64,000 bases of DNA from Octopus sinensis (Eukaryota). The stretch is taken from contig NC_043000.1 in NCBI RefSeq assembly GCF_006345805.1, positions 9,052,001-9,116,000 of the forward strand. Direction: 5' to 3'. The translations under genes and the position numbers were made by a program. The notes under the pieces are model-generated. The model was not told the DNA's origin. It searched no databases and saw only the letters and a list, made by a program, of their open reading frames with translations. This document shows positions 35,870 through 48,838 of this stretch, piece by piece; positions within the stretch are counted from its first letter, which is position 1, and the number at the start of each line of letters is the position of its first letter.

Positions 35870-37340
35870 CGGATCTTAAAGTTTTAAACATCGTGGATTA
35901 CGAATCTGATAAAAAGTAGAAAAAGAAAAAACAGAGGCGAGGAAATGTCCTCTCGCACAAGCGCACATTTTTCTGTAGTTTCTAAGTTTTAACTTCTGGC
36001 ATACTTACACAAGCGCGCCCTCGACTTTGTTTCCTCATAGCTTCCAGCTGCATGAATACTTTTTAATGAAACGTTTTACAAATACGCTTCAGAAGGGTTA
36101 AATTCCGATTATGTAGGAACTTGATGTGAAAAATATTTTCGGGGTATGGAGAGAGGAGTTTCGGAAAATTTACACTTTGTTTCCTCATAACTTTCAGAAG
36201 ATGAGTATTTTTTATGAAATTTTCTATTAATACTTTTCAGAGTGTAAATTACGATTATTTCGGAATTTGATGTGAAAAGAAAAATGTTGAGCACGCTCGC
36301 ATACAACTTTTTGTTGATGGATGTGGTGTATGCTACTAAGCATGTGCGCGATCCCAGCAATTATTTTATTTATTTATTTATTATTATTTTTTTTTTTTTT
36401 TACAAGGTGTAGGTAGAAACTCTATAAAGTGTACCCAGTGTAAGGAAGATTAACCGAGAAGATAGCTTTCGTGTGCGGCAGATGCACAGGGGCAATAAAC
36501 ATAACAGATGCTCAGAAAACAGATTCCATCTCACCTCAGGGAGAGAAACTAGAAGTAATTGATAGCTTCCGCTACCTAGGTGACCAAGTTAGTAGTGGGG
36601 TGGATGCTCAGAGAGGTTACCACTAGAATAAGAATAGCCTGGGCAAAGTTTAGAAAGCTTCTACCCATACTGGTGACAAAGGGACTCTCGCTCAGAGTGA
36701 AAGGTAGATTGTATGATGCATGTGTGCTTGAGGAGACCTACTGAGTCAAGTAGATCAACATCAAAATAAAAATCAAATGGAAATTGTAGTTGTGATACCC
36801 GAACGTGGCCGTTGCCAGCGCTGCCTTGACTGGCTTCCGTACTGGTGGCACGTAAAAAGCACCAACCGATCGTGACTGTTGCCAGCCTCCTCTGGCCCCT
36901 GTGCCGGTGGCACTTAAAAAGTACCACTATACTCACGGAGTGGTTGGCATTAGGAAGGGAATCCAGCTGTAGAAACACTGCCAGATCAAACTGGAGCCTG
37001 GTGCAGCCTCCTGGCTTCCCAGACCCCGGTCGAACCGTCTAACCTATGCTAGCATGGAAAACGGACGTTAAACGATAATGATGATGAATTTAAATTCTGA
37101 TATAATCGTAATCTGCACACTTTGAAAGGCATTTGTAAGAAATTTCATTTAAAAAATATATTTCTGAAAGTTATGAGGAAACAAAACCAACTCTTGTGAA
37201 TTACCCGAAACTCTTCTCCCTACCCTTGGAATTTTTTTTTCTCTCAACAAATTCCAATATAATCGGAATCTACACCATCTGAAGCGTATTTCGTGAAGAT
37301 TTCAAAAAAAAAATCCGTTCTTCTGAAAGTTATGGGGGGG
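35870..37340. mobile_element. Old DNA-transposon-like element with inverted ~150-bp subterminal repeat arrays
   Basis: TTTGTTTCCTCATARCTTYCAG units at about 36026 and 36176 recur in reverse complement (TCTGAAAGTTATG) at about 37163 and 37322; an RTE piece is nested between. Confidence 0.55.
36420..37086 (+). mobile_element. RTE-clade LINE fragment: post-RT coding piece fused to 3' UTR and (GAT)n tail
   Basis: FVCGRC...GEKLEVIDSFRYLGD...TRIRIAWAKFRKLLPILVTKGLSLRVKGRLYDACV, then UTR ending GCATGGAAAACGGACGTTAAACGATAATGATGATG. Confidence 0.85.
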
Positions 37341-37362
37341 GGGGTCACACTGGTTTAGGTAT

Positions 37363-37768
37363 ACTCTTTTACTTGTTTCAGTCATTTGACTGCGGCCATG
37401 CTGGAGCACCGCCTTCTAGTCGAGTAAATCGACCCCAGGATTTATTCTTTGTAAGCCTAGTACTTGTTCTATCAGTCTTTTTTGCTGAACCGCTAAGTTA
37501 CGGGACGTAAACACACCACCATCGGTTGTCAAGTGATGTTGGAGGGATAAACACAGACACTCAAACATATACATACATACATATATATATATATATGACA
37601 TATATGACAGGCTTCTTCCAGTTTCCGTCTACCAAATCCACTCACAAGGCTTTGGTCGGCCAGAGGCTATAGCAGAAGACACTTGACCAAGATGCCACGC
37701 AGTGGGAATGAACCCGGAACCATGTGGTTGGTTAGCAAGCTACTTACCACACAGCCACTCCTGCGCCT
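37363..37768 (-). mobile_element. SINE family A, full length
   Basis: Near-identical to 132-525. Confidence 0.9.
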
Positions 37769-38134
37769 AACTTTTTACTTATTTTTTTCAAATCTTTGTT
37801 TTAAATAATTGACATTACGATTCTTCAAAGTTACGTGTAACATAAAACCCAAGAAACGTTTCTAAACAAAGACAAAACTAAAAATTTACGGATAAAGGGG
37901 TGTTGGGATTATTATATATTTATTTATTTACTTATTTTACAAGCATATAATCTACGATACTCGAAATATTCAGATCTAAACAAAAAAAATAAAGTATTTC
38001 GATGCACGAAATAATTCCAGACGTTATCCTTTAGGAATCTCTCTGGTGCTTTTATTATTTAGTTTTAATTGCATTTCGGTTGATCACTTTAGACGTTGCT
38101 ATGGTGTGTGTGTGTGTTGTGTGTGTGTGTGTGT

Positions 38135-38442
38135 GTGGAGGCGCAATGGCCCAGTGGTTAGGGCAGCGGACTCGCGGTCGGAGGGTCGCGGTTTCGATTT
38201 CCAGACCGGCAGCTGTGTGTGTTTATTGAGCGAAAACACTTTAAAACTCCACTAGGCTCCGGCAGCGAGTGGTAGCGACCCCTGCTGTACTCTTTCGCCC
38301 CAACTTTCAGTCTTTCTTCCTGTTTCTTGGGTAACGCTGCGATGGACTGGCGTCCCGTCCAGCTGGGGGGAACACATACGCCACAGTAACCGGGAAACCG
38401 GACCCTTGAGCCTGGCTAGGCTTGAAAAGGGCGACGTTTATC
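38135..38442 (+). mobile_element. tRNA-derived SINE, family C head with alternative 3' half
   Basis: A box TGGCCCAGTGG, B box GGTTTCGATTTCC; later CTGCGATGGACTGGCGTCCCGTCCAG resembles conserved V/Meta-type SINE domains. Confidence 0.8.
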
Positions 38443-38611
38443 GTTTTTTTTTTATAAAACCGTTGTTTAACCCCCGGCCAACTCTGATTAGAGGAGTTGC
38501 TTACGTAACAGGCTATGTCTGTGACAATGATATACATCAGTGTTTTTATTTTGGTTTGTTTTTATTTAAGAGCATAAAGTGTGCGTATTATTTGAAAGTG
38601 TGAGTAGAAAC

Positions 38612-38852
38612 ATCGCTGTGTGGCCAGAAGTTTGCTTCCCAACCACATGCTTCCGGGTTCAGTTCCACTGCATGGCACCTTGGGCAAGTGTCTTCTACTG
38701 TAATAGCCTTGGACTGAACGAAGCGTTGTGAGTTGATTTGGTGGACGGAAACTAAAAGAAGCCTGTCGTATGTCGAACCCGTGCTAGCACGGAAAACGGA
38801 CGTTAAACGATGATGATGATATATATATATATTATGTAGTGTGTGTGTGTGT

Positions 38853-38925
<73 letters not shown>

Positions 38926-39160
38926 GTGTGTGTGTGTGTGTGTATGTATGTATTGTGTGTCTTTATTTGTCCCATCACCATCGTTTGATAGCCAATGTTG
39001 GTATGTTAACGTCCCCGCAACTTAGCGATTCAGCAAATGTGACCGATAGAATAAGTACCAGGTTTATAAAGAATAAGTCATGGGGTCGATTTGTTTGACT
39101 AAAGGTGGTGCTCCAGCAAGACCGCTGTCAAATGACTGAAACAAGTAAAAGAATAAAAGA
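38612..39160 (+). mobile_element. SINE family A with a nested ~48-bp RTE tail
   Basis: Head and tail as family A; CGAACCCGTGCTAGCACGGAAAACGGACGTTAAAC(GAT)n inserted at 38774-38820. Confidence 0.8.
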
Positions 39161-39161
39161 A

Positions 39162-39201
<40 letters not shown>

Positions 39202-39960
39202 AAAATGAGTAACAAAGATGTACATGTATCTCTGTTATTCATTGATATTTTATTCACCTAACTTGGAATCTGCACTTCGGAAATACTACAGAAAGTACCT
39301 TTATAAAAAATAGTACATGCCTGAATTACCTAGAGCAGATATCTTCACTTATCTGGGTTGCGTTGTCTGCACACACAGCAGGAATACCAGGTAGAAAGAT
39401 CCTGCACGAAGTCTTGATATTCAATATTCAATTAATATTGTTTGGGTGTGCGGATTATACCGACCTAGCAAGGTGCCTTAATCTAAGTAGCTAACTCAAA
39501 GGAAACTTTTTTTATATATATATGTATATATATATATATATATATGTGTGTATATATATATATATATATTATATATATTCATATACACAAGCAGTATGTC
39601 TACAACCCTTCCCTTTTTTCTCTCCCCTTTCCCTTACTCTCCCTCCTCCCTCCCGTCGCGGACACGTGATGAGAGGCTACTACTGTCTTCTTCTTTCTTC
39701 TCCTGGCTACCTTCAAGTAGAGCCGGGCACATCTGTTGCTCCCACGCCGTTCTCAAAAATACGTTCGTAAAATTTTATCTCGTTCTTCGGCTTAACAGCC
39801 CTTCTTGTTTGTGTTACTGTTAATTCTCCTTGTCCTGTCTTTTCTGTTTGTATTTTGTACTGTCGTTACTGTCCTGTTTGTTACCATTTTTTTACCCTCT
39901 CCGCAAAAAAATCTCAATTTTATTTAATTGATTTCGCGGAAATGATTGTTTCATGAAAGT

Positions 39961-40022
39961 CATGTATCGCCTTGACCTTCGAAACGTGGAGTAGTATGAA
40001 ACAAAGGCGACTGAAGAAGGGG
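39961..40022 (+). ncRNA. Permuted hammerhead-like motif (copy 3, divergent subfamily)
   Basis: CATGT-A-TCGCCTT-GACCTTC-GAAA-CGTG-15nt-AAGGCGA-CTGAAGA-AGGGG. Confidence 0.62.
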
Positions 40023-40654
40023 AATTTTTCCTTGTGTTCTATGTCCTGTACCTAGTTTTTCGTTGTTTAAGAAAATTTCCATTTCCATGGTTTTGTGTTT
40101 ATTTTTCGTTCTCATTGTGTTCGACGTTTTTTTTTTGGTGTCCTGTACCCTATATGGCACGTATATATACATGGGGAGGTAGGTACGGTACATATATGTA
40201 TATGTATATATGCATATGTTTTATTTATTTATTTTTATTATATACAGAACGCACGCATCCATTTCTAAGTAAGATTGTTCTTAATATATATATTTATATA
40301 TGTATATATATATTTTATTCTTTTTTCTTTTGTTTGTTTCAGTCATCCGGCTGCGGCCATGCAGGAGCACCGCCTTCAATTGAAGAAATCGACCCCAAGA
40401 TTTATTCTTTGTAAGCCTAGTACTTATTCCATCGTTCTCTTTTGCCGAACGCTAAGTTGTATATGCGTGTATGTATATATGTATGTATATATATATTATA
40501 TATATATATATATATGTATGTATGTGCGTTTATATATATATAGATATATATCTATATATGCATACACACATATATACACACATATAACTTAGTGGTTATA
40601 TCTTAGTCGATTACACACAGAGAAACATATATACACACGTACATACAAACTTTC

Positions 40655-40687
<33 letters not shown>

Positions 40688-41042
40688 ATATATATATACA
40701 TACATACGTTCATGTGTGTGTGTGTGTGTGTGTGAATGTATATATGTGTGAAAGCTTATATACATGTGTGCAGCATATATTGTTTCTGTGTGTTAATCAA
40801 TAAGAAGGTATAATAGAAGCACTTGTATATTTGTCAATAAAGTGGGAGTATAAAGTATATAGTATTATAGATCGGCTGTGATGGATCTATAAAACTGAAG
40901 ACATCCGAAACTCAGAGTTTTATTATGACACCGCATAATTACATTACAGATAAATTCCTCTATTACATAATATTGAGGTCTCATTCATTCTTTTGTTGTC
41001 ACACTATTACTATTAAATATATATATACAGATATATTTATAT

Positions 41043-41106
<64 letters not shown>

Positions 41107-41107
41107 G

Positions 41108-41426
41108 ACTCCGCGGTTACGACGACGAGGGTCCCAGCTGATACGATCAACGGAACAGCTTGCTCGTGAAATTAACGTGCAAATGGCTGAGCATTCCACA
41201 GACACGTGTACCCTTAACGTAGTTCTCGGGGATAATCAGCGTGACACAGAGAGTGACAAGGCTGACCCTTTAAAAATACAAGTACAACTCATTTTGCAGC
41301 TGAGTGGACTGGAGCAACGTGAAATAAAGTGTCTTGCTCAAGGACACAACGCGTCGCCGGGAATCGAACTCCACAACCTTACGATCATGAGCCGAATGCC
41401 CTAACCACTAAGCCACGCGCCCTCAC
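41108..41426 (-). mobile_element. tRNA-derived CORE-like SINE, family D, inserted in (TA)n
   Basis: Minus GTGAGGGCGCGTGGCTTAGTGGTTAGGG..GAGTTCGATTCCC..TGTGTCCTTGAGCAAGACACTTT. Confidence 0.85.
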
Positions 41427-41474
41427 TTATATATATATATATATAATACACACAGATACATACATATGTATGTA

Positions 41475-42339
41475 TTGGGTCATCCCATAAATAATGCGGT
41501 TTTTTCAATTGCATAAACTAAAAGTCGGAGGGGGACGGGATAAACTACTTGCATCAACTTGCTCTAAAAGCAGGTAGTAATTTTACCTTGTCCCTATTCT
41601 TAGTGCAACTTTTGAAGAGTGCAGTTCGATTTTAACAGTTATGTTTTCAAAGCTATAATGTGACAAAGGACCATATTCAGCATATTTTGCTCAATGAGTT
41701 CAATAAAGGGTACTACGCTATGGAAAATGTGCGGAATATTAATGTCGCATATGCTGATCGGACAATAAGCATATAAGCCAGTGTCAACAGTGGTTCCAGA
41801 AATTCCAAGCCAGAAACTAGAGCCTAGAAGACGCGCATTGTCCTGGAAGATCTGTAAAGCTCGAGGAGGACTCCTGCAAACCCTGGTGGAACAAAATCCC
41901 ATCGTAACTGTTGGGGAACTAGCAGAGAAGCGTGGATTTGGTCATTCAACCAGTCATTCAAGTCAACGCTAGAAGAAAAGCGACCATCTTTGGTTTCAAG
42001 ACGAAAAGTGTTCTTCCATCAGGATAATACTCAGCCACATGGATGACATTCCAAAGGCTGGAGTACTTTGAATGGGAAACGATGCCCCACTCACCATATT
42101 CGCTGGACATTACCCCATCTGATTATCATTTATTCCGCAGTCTTCGAAATCAATTGGACGGAAAAAATATGAATTCTGTAGTGGAGGTCACTACAGCACT
42201 GGAAGAGTGAATTTTGGAAGAGATAGATGGAAGAGTATTGTAGAAAACGAAGGAGAGTATATTTCAGATTAAAAAAGAACTTTGTTTACCTTAATTTTGA
42301 ATAACAAAATATTAAAAAAACCGCTTTATTTATGTGATG
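41475..42339 (+). mobile_element. mariner (DD34D-type) element, internally deleted pseudogene
   Basis: TIRs CATCCCATAAATAATGCGGTTTTTT / AAAAAAACCGCTTTATTTATGTGATG; HTH QCQQWFQKF..SLEDAHCPGR; FFHQDNTQPH; HSPYSLDITPSDYHLFRSL. Confidence 0.9.
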
Positions 42340-42486
42340 TGTGTGTGTGTGTGTGTGTGTGCATGTGTGAGTGTGTGTGTGTATGTATGTTTACCACATA
42401 AATATGTTTACACATCTGTATATTTACATATACACTTATACACAGACGCATAGCTATCTATCTATCTATCTATCTATCTATATATA

Positions 42487-42525
<39 letters not shown>

Positions 42526-42853
42526 TAGAGAGAGAGAGAGAGAGGAGAGAGAGACCTATCTACTCATCTTACCTACCCGCCTTCTGCCTACGTCCCTACC
42601 CACCCGCCTAACAGCATGCAATAGATTACAAACAGAAGCTTCAAACAAAACAAAAACAAAAAAGGTGTGTAAACAAACATCCACATGCCCATATAATACG
42701 TTCAGCCACACAACATGTATACACGTAAATAGTCAGAACATATTATACACATCAATACATTCACAATTTCATTCAACGATTGGCGTCAAGTTCAATGTCC
42801 GAAGCACAGTAAAAGCAACAGAATAAATTATGGCGTAGAAGGAGTTGCTGTGT

Positions 42854-42893
<40 letters not shown>

Positions 42894-43166
42894 CATATAC
42901 ATATACATATATATATATTATTGTGTCTGGGGAGAGTCATTCTCTTTTACTGCCTTATTACTTAACACACTTACCGGTTCGATTTCCACTCATTTACTTA
43001 GATATTTGTTTTTCTAAATAAACTCTCCCCAGACAATAAAATATGCTTCAACGAATTCACAGAAAGAATCTTGCAAACCAAATACAAAAACGAAATATGT
43101 TATACATATTATCATTTACTTGTTTCAGTCATTTGACTGCGGCCATGCTGGAGCATCGCCTTGAAG

Positions 43167-43266
43167 NNNNNNNNNNNNNNNNNNNNNNNNNNNNNNNNNN
43201 NNNNNNNNNNNNNNNNNNNNNNNNNNNNNNNNNNNNNNNNNNNNNNNNNNNNNNNNNNNNNNNNNN
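43167..43266. other. Assembly gap (100 N)
   Basis: Run of N; continuity across the gap is not guaranteed. Confidence 1.
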
Positions 43267-44115
43267 CAAAAATGAAGAATGTGCACTGACATCCTCATTT
43301 TAAAATATATATTTACTAAAATTACGTAAAATATCTTGATATACTAAAGAGTATATATATTTATTCAATAAAATCGCTATTGGATACAACCACAGCCTCC
43401 AGACGACTTCGGAATTTCCTGCAACTCTTCTGGACGGTTTCCTTGTTTAAGTTAGTGAATGCTGCCATAATACTTGCTATCAGTTCATCTTTGGTATTAC
43501 AAGAAGTTTTGTTGGTCTCTTGCTCAACTGTGCCCCACACATGATAATCAAGGGGTTTGCAGTGTGGGGAGTTAGGTGGCCAGATGTTAGGGGTGACGTG
43601 GTCGCAGAAATTGTCTGACAGCCATGACTGGATTCACCTGCTTGAGTGGCATGGTGCAGAGTCTTGTTGCTAGACACAGGGTGTTCCAGCAGCCATCTTT
43701 TTGACTCAGGACAGCACTGCCTCCTCCAAGCCCTTGATGTAGGCCTCCATGTTGAGTCTGTGGTCATGTGGGAAGATGAATGGAGGCATAATGTTTGCCA
43801 TCACTTGTGATCACTCCAAACCCCATGATGTTGACTGGATGTTTGATTTTTATCACTCTCGATACATGCACTGTTCTCAGATTGATACTCAGACACTCTG
43901 AAATGTTCGTATCGGAGCTTCCGGCGCGAATGCCAAACAGTACAGCATGTCGTTTTCAAATTCTGACAAAGTGAATTGCGTCATGGTACTGTTTTTCTCA
44001 CAGACGGTGCCCAACTAATCCTACTATACTGTGTAGTTGACAAAATAAAAAACAAACAATGTGCATGCCCGAAATTGAAGATATAAAATGGCGACAATTT
44101 GCCCATCGCCCGCTG
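43267..44115 (-). mobile_element. maT (DD37D) transposon pseudogene, internally deleted
   Basis: Minus frame QQDSAPCHSSR*IQSWLSDNFCDHVTPNIWPPNSPHCKPLDYHVW has 37 residues between the second and third Asp; 5' end CAGCGGGCGATGGGCAAATTGTCGCC. Confidence 0.85.
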
Positions 44116-44141
44116 TGTGTGTGTATACGTACGTATATATA

Positions 44142-44195
<54 letters not shown>

Positions 44196-44514
44196 GTGTA
44201 AAACAGAAATGTGAATTACTATTTTTACACAACAGTCCCCGACCATTTTTGTGCCCAGAGCAGTTTCATGAAGGATAATTTTTCCACAGAGCAGAGGATC
44301 ACGCGCTAAAAAAAAGCTCAATAAAGTGCATAATGAATAATTTACTAATTTCATATCATAAAAACAAAAAGGATGAAAGATCCTTTCGAACGATAAGCAC
44401 TTAAGGCCGGTTTCCCGGATTCTGTGGAATATAGTAGCACTTATATAGTAGTACAGGAGTAAAGTAGCACTTACCAAGTCCACTGTTTTTCAGCAATACC
44501 TGAAAATATATACA

Positions 44515-44711
44515 AACTATCACTACAACAACTGGAGACTGTTTTAGCTGAACAATGGGCAAAAATTCCTTTGGAAAGAATTGAAATTTTGTATGAGTCC
44601 ATACCTCGTAGAATTCAAGCTGTAATTATTGCCAAAGGCGGTCCTACCCTGTATTAAAATAAATTTGTTTGAAGTTTTAAGGTATTTCCATTATTTTGTC
44701 CAACCCCTGTA
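44515..44711 (+). pseudogene. Tc1 transposase C-terminus with 3' TIR
   Basis: LQQLETVLAEQWAKIPLERIEILYESIPRRIQAVIIAKGGPTLY*; ends TTTTGTCCAACCCCTG|TA. Confidence 0.85.
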
Positions 44712-44819
44712 TGTGCGTGTGTGTGTGTGTGTGTGTGGTGTGTGTGTGTTTGTTTTGTGTGTATATATTATATATTATATATATATATAATATATAATAT
44801 ATTATATATATATATCTGT

Positions 44820-45081
44820 GTGAAAATATGTAGAAAACATATATAAAGGGGAAAGAAATGCCTTCATTTTACATAGCTGTAATATCTTTTTTATAAAAAT
44901 ATATATACATAATTTATGGATGGTAAAAGTCTCGTAAAATGTAGTGAGATCACTACATTTTATGAGGTTTTTACCATCCATAAAATATGTTTATATATTT
45001 TTTTATAAAAAGATATTAAAACTATGTGAAGTGAAGGCATTTCTCTTCCCCTTTTTATATATGTTTTCTACATATTTTCAC
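44820..45081. repeat. Fold-back palindrome (~130-bp arms, 2-nt loop) between (TA)n tracts
   Basis: 44820-44947 vs 44950-45081; centre GTAGTGA-GA-TCACTAC. Confidence 0.9.
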
Positions 45082-45131
45082 TTCATAATTTTGCCACGTG
45101 GTGTATACTGATTCTCCAGCATTTTTGTTCT

Positions 45132-45164
<33 letters not shown>

Positions 45165-45230
45165 ATATATATAATATATATATATATATATAATATATAT
45201 ATTAATATAAGCAAAGGATATCCAGAGGTA

Positions 45231-45319
45231 ATGCAGTACGATCGTTTCATGCAACTCCAGTTAATTGAACAATGCAATCATTACATCAATTTAAAATGTA
45301 GAGCAATCTTCAGCTGCAC
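45231..45319 (-). ncRNA. Type I hammerhead ribozyme, canonical core
   Basis: Minus: GTGCAG-CTGAAGA-TTGC...GCAT-GAAA-CGATCG-TA-CTGCAT; stem I 6 bp, palindromic stem III ACGATCGT, GUA triplet. Confidence 0.75.
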
Positions 45320-46155
45320 AAAGACATAGAATTTAATTAAATTAGAACAGATGGACACATTAGTATAATTATACCTAATATTTCCAAGAGGTTAAGGAGA
45401 TAGTGGAAGAACATGTTGTCTCTACTTCAGCATAGAAGTTACTAACATTATCAAGGAGACTCTGCCTGCCACTGATTTTTTGTCTTTATGTGGTCGGTTT
45501 TAATTTATAGACTAGTTTATCAAATCCCTTGTATATCTAAGGCTGAGATAACAAATGGCAGTATCTGTTATGGGTAGGGCTGAGTGGAGTAGACAGACAT
45601 TCTAGTTGGTATAGTCATAGAAATTCAAGATTTATCATAAGAAATGTTATGAGGTTTAGTAAGTGAAAACTTAAAACAAGATGTTAGCTGATAATTAAGG
45701 GGGTATCTATATATATTTATATATAAATATAATACACACATGTCTGTATGTGTGTATCACCATTTGACAACCGGTTTTGGTTTGCTTACGTCCCTATAAC
45801 TTAGCGGTTCGGCCACTATTTTGCTTTTCATTCCTTCAGGATCGTTAAAAATAAGGTTCTAATCCACAGAAGTCGAATTGCGGAACTGTCAGAAGGTCAG
45901 ACAAGATGACTTGCAGTAGCAATTCTAGCCCTTTGCGTTTCTGGCAACAGTGAAGACAACGACACCAGTTGGCGCCAAGTTGTATCGATCCAACACCGAT
46001 ACCATAAAGAAGGGAGACTTGCATTCATGGCCAACTGCTTGTTGTCCTGAAAATAAATTTTGCCCAGGCTTGCGTATGTATGTGCAGATGTGTACTCAAC
46101 CTTGTCAACCGTGCTTCTTTCAACTTCACATTTAGAGATGAAGCTTTTTATCAAC

Positions 46156-46183
46156 ATTATTATTATTGTTATTATTATTATTA

Positions 46184-46235
<52 letters not shown>

Positions 46236-46325
46236 CATTATTATTATTATTATTATAATTATTATTATTATTATTATTATCATTATTATTATTATTATAT
46301 TATTATTATTATTGTTATTATTATT

Positions 46326-46361
<36 letters not shown>

Positions 46362-46391
46362 TATATTGTTGTTATTATTATTATGCTATTA

Positions 46392-46426
<35 letters not shown>

Positions 46427-46560
46427 TATTATATTATTATTATTATTATTATAATTATTATTATTATTATTATTATATCATTATTATTATTATTATTATT
46501 ATTATATTATTATTATTATTATTATATTATTATTATTGTATTATTATTGTTATTATTATA

Positions 46561-46609
<49 letters not shown>

Positions 46610-46634
46610 TGTTATTGTTATTATATTATTATTA

Positions 46635-46697
<63 letters not shown>

Positions 46698-46725
46698 CAT
46701 TATTATCATTATTATTATATTATTA

Positions 46726-46784
<59 letters not shown>

Positions 46785-46811
46785 TATTATTATTATTTAT
46801 TGTTATTATTA
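46156..46811. repeat. Very long (TTA)n microsatellite
   Basis: About 650 bp of interrupted TTA. Confidence 0.98.
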
Positions 46812-48082
46812 CTTTTTTTTTTCTTCTTTCAAATTTTCTTCCATTCTTGCCGAGTGTCTTCCCGACTCCTAGGGCAAAGAAACTCATAGTGTATATTGGT
46901 AGGCCATTAAACCAAACTCAGTAGTTCGTTCATTTTTTTTTTTTTTTTTTAAAGTTAAATTAAAATACATGAGCAGCAACAGTTCTCACATCGACAATGC
47001 TCTTCTCAATACGTGTGATGTACCAGTTAAGACAATCTTTTGCACTTCTGGAGGGATGGTAAGCCAGGGATCATTCTCATATAATTTTCGGTTCCCTTCT
47101 TGATCATTCCTAGTGCTCCTACGATCACTGGTATTGTAACCGCCTTGAGATGCCACATTTTCTCAATTTCAATGAGTAGGTCTTTATATTTCTGAGCTTG
47201 TCAAACTCTTTCGCTGAGATATTATGATCACAGGGGATGCTCATGTCGATCAATAAGCAAACTTTATTGTTTTGGTCTTTCACAACAATATCTGGTTTAT
47301 TGGCCTTGATGGTTCGGTCTGTATGTACTGGAAAGTCCCACAGAATGGTTACATTTTCTCCTTCAGTTACAGCCTCAGGGTGGTGATTATACCACTTGTC
47401 GGCAGTTTTTTGATATTGTAATGCCGACTTATTAGCCAGTGGAGATATTGGCCAACTCTGTCATGTCTTAATTTATACTCCACTGGTGCTAAGACTTTAC
47501 ATCCAGAGATTAGGTGGTCCACTGTTTCAATCATGTCGTTGCAGAATCGGCATTTGGGGTCTGCTCCATTTTTCATCACATTGGCCTGGTAGTTCCGGGT
47601 TAATAGGCTTTGGTCTTGAGCAGCCAGGATGAAACCTTCGCTCTCTGCTTTTAGCCCTGAGCTCCGCAGCCACTGATGGGTTTGCTTCTGGTCAACATCA
47701 GCTTGTTTGCTGCGGGTCACATATTGCCGCCGTGCAGAGGTTTCTCCTCCCACCTATCAGCCAATTGCTCGTGCGCTTTTTTCATTGCCATCATTTTCAC
47801 CTTCTTTGCAACAATAGTTGCCGTACTTCCTCGGGTTGTTCAGTTTGGGTATCCTGCACGAGATCAATAGCAATTTTTTGCTTTCCTTGATGATAGAATG
47901 AAGCTTCTTTCGTCTCTCGTGATTTTCCACGAGCTTTAGCATCCAGTCATTCGATATTTCGAGATATTTGGCCAGTCCAATTGTGGTTGTTTTGTAAGCT
48001 AGTTCAAATTGGATCAGGCCTCGACCTCCTTGGGCTGGGAGATAAAGGCGATCTACGTCTGCCTTTGGGTGGTGCATCCTAT
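46812..48082 (-). mobile_element. R4/Dong-clade non-LTR retrotransposon, 5'-truncated, frameshifted
   Basis: HPKADVDRLYLP..GGRGL; GLKAESEGFILAAQDQ; CCHC knuckle CRFC..ETVDHLISGC; RHD motif; restriction-like endonuclease ILWDF..TDR..NKPDIVV..IDMSIP; stop at 46986-46988; embedded in (TAA)n, the known Dong target. Confidence 0.92.
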
Positions 48083-48087
48083 TATCT

Positions 48088-48140
48088 ATTATTATTATTA
48101 TTATTATTATTGTTATTATTATTATTATTATTATATGTTA

Positions 48141-48173
<33 letters not shown>

Positions 48174-48225
48174 TATTATTATTATTATTATTATTATATT
48201 GTTATTATTATTATTATTATTATTA

Positions 48226-48267
<42 letters not shown>

Positions 48268-48450
48268 GTTATATATTATTATTATTATTATTATTATTAT
48301 ATTATGTTATTATTATGATTATTATTATTATTATTATTATTATTGTTATTATTATTATTATTATTATTGTTATTATTATTGTTATTATTTTATTATTGTT
48401 ATTATTGTTATTGTTATTATTATATTATTATTATTATATTATTATTATTA

Positions 48451-48491
<41 letters not shown>

Positions 48492-48613
48492 GTTATTATT
48501 AGATTATTATTATTATTGTTATTATTATTATTATTATTATATTATTATTATTATCATATTATTATTATTGTATTATTATTATTATTATATTATTATTATT
48601 ATTATTGTTATTA

Positions 48614-48644
<31 letters not shown>

Positions 48645-48712
48645 GTTATAGTATTATTATTATTATTATGTTATTATTATTATTATTTATTGTTATTATA
48701 TCATTATTATTA

Positions 48713-48747
<35 letters not shown>

Positions 48748-48804
48748 GTTATTATTATTATATTATTATTATTATATTATTGTTATATTATTATTATTAT
48801 TATT

Positions 48805-48838
<34 letters not shown>

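Noticed and set aside
45900-46150. Unique GC-richer segment as a possible exon
   Set aside because: No recognisable protein in the frames I read and no convincing splice-site pair.
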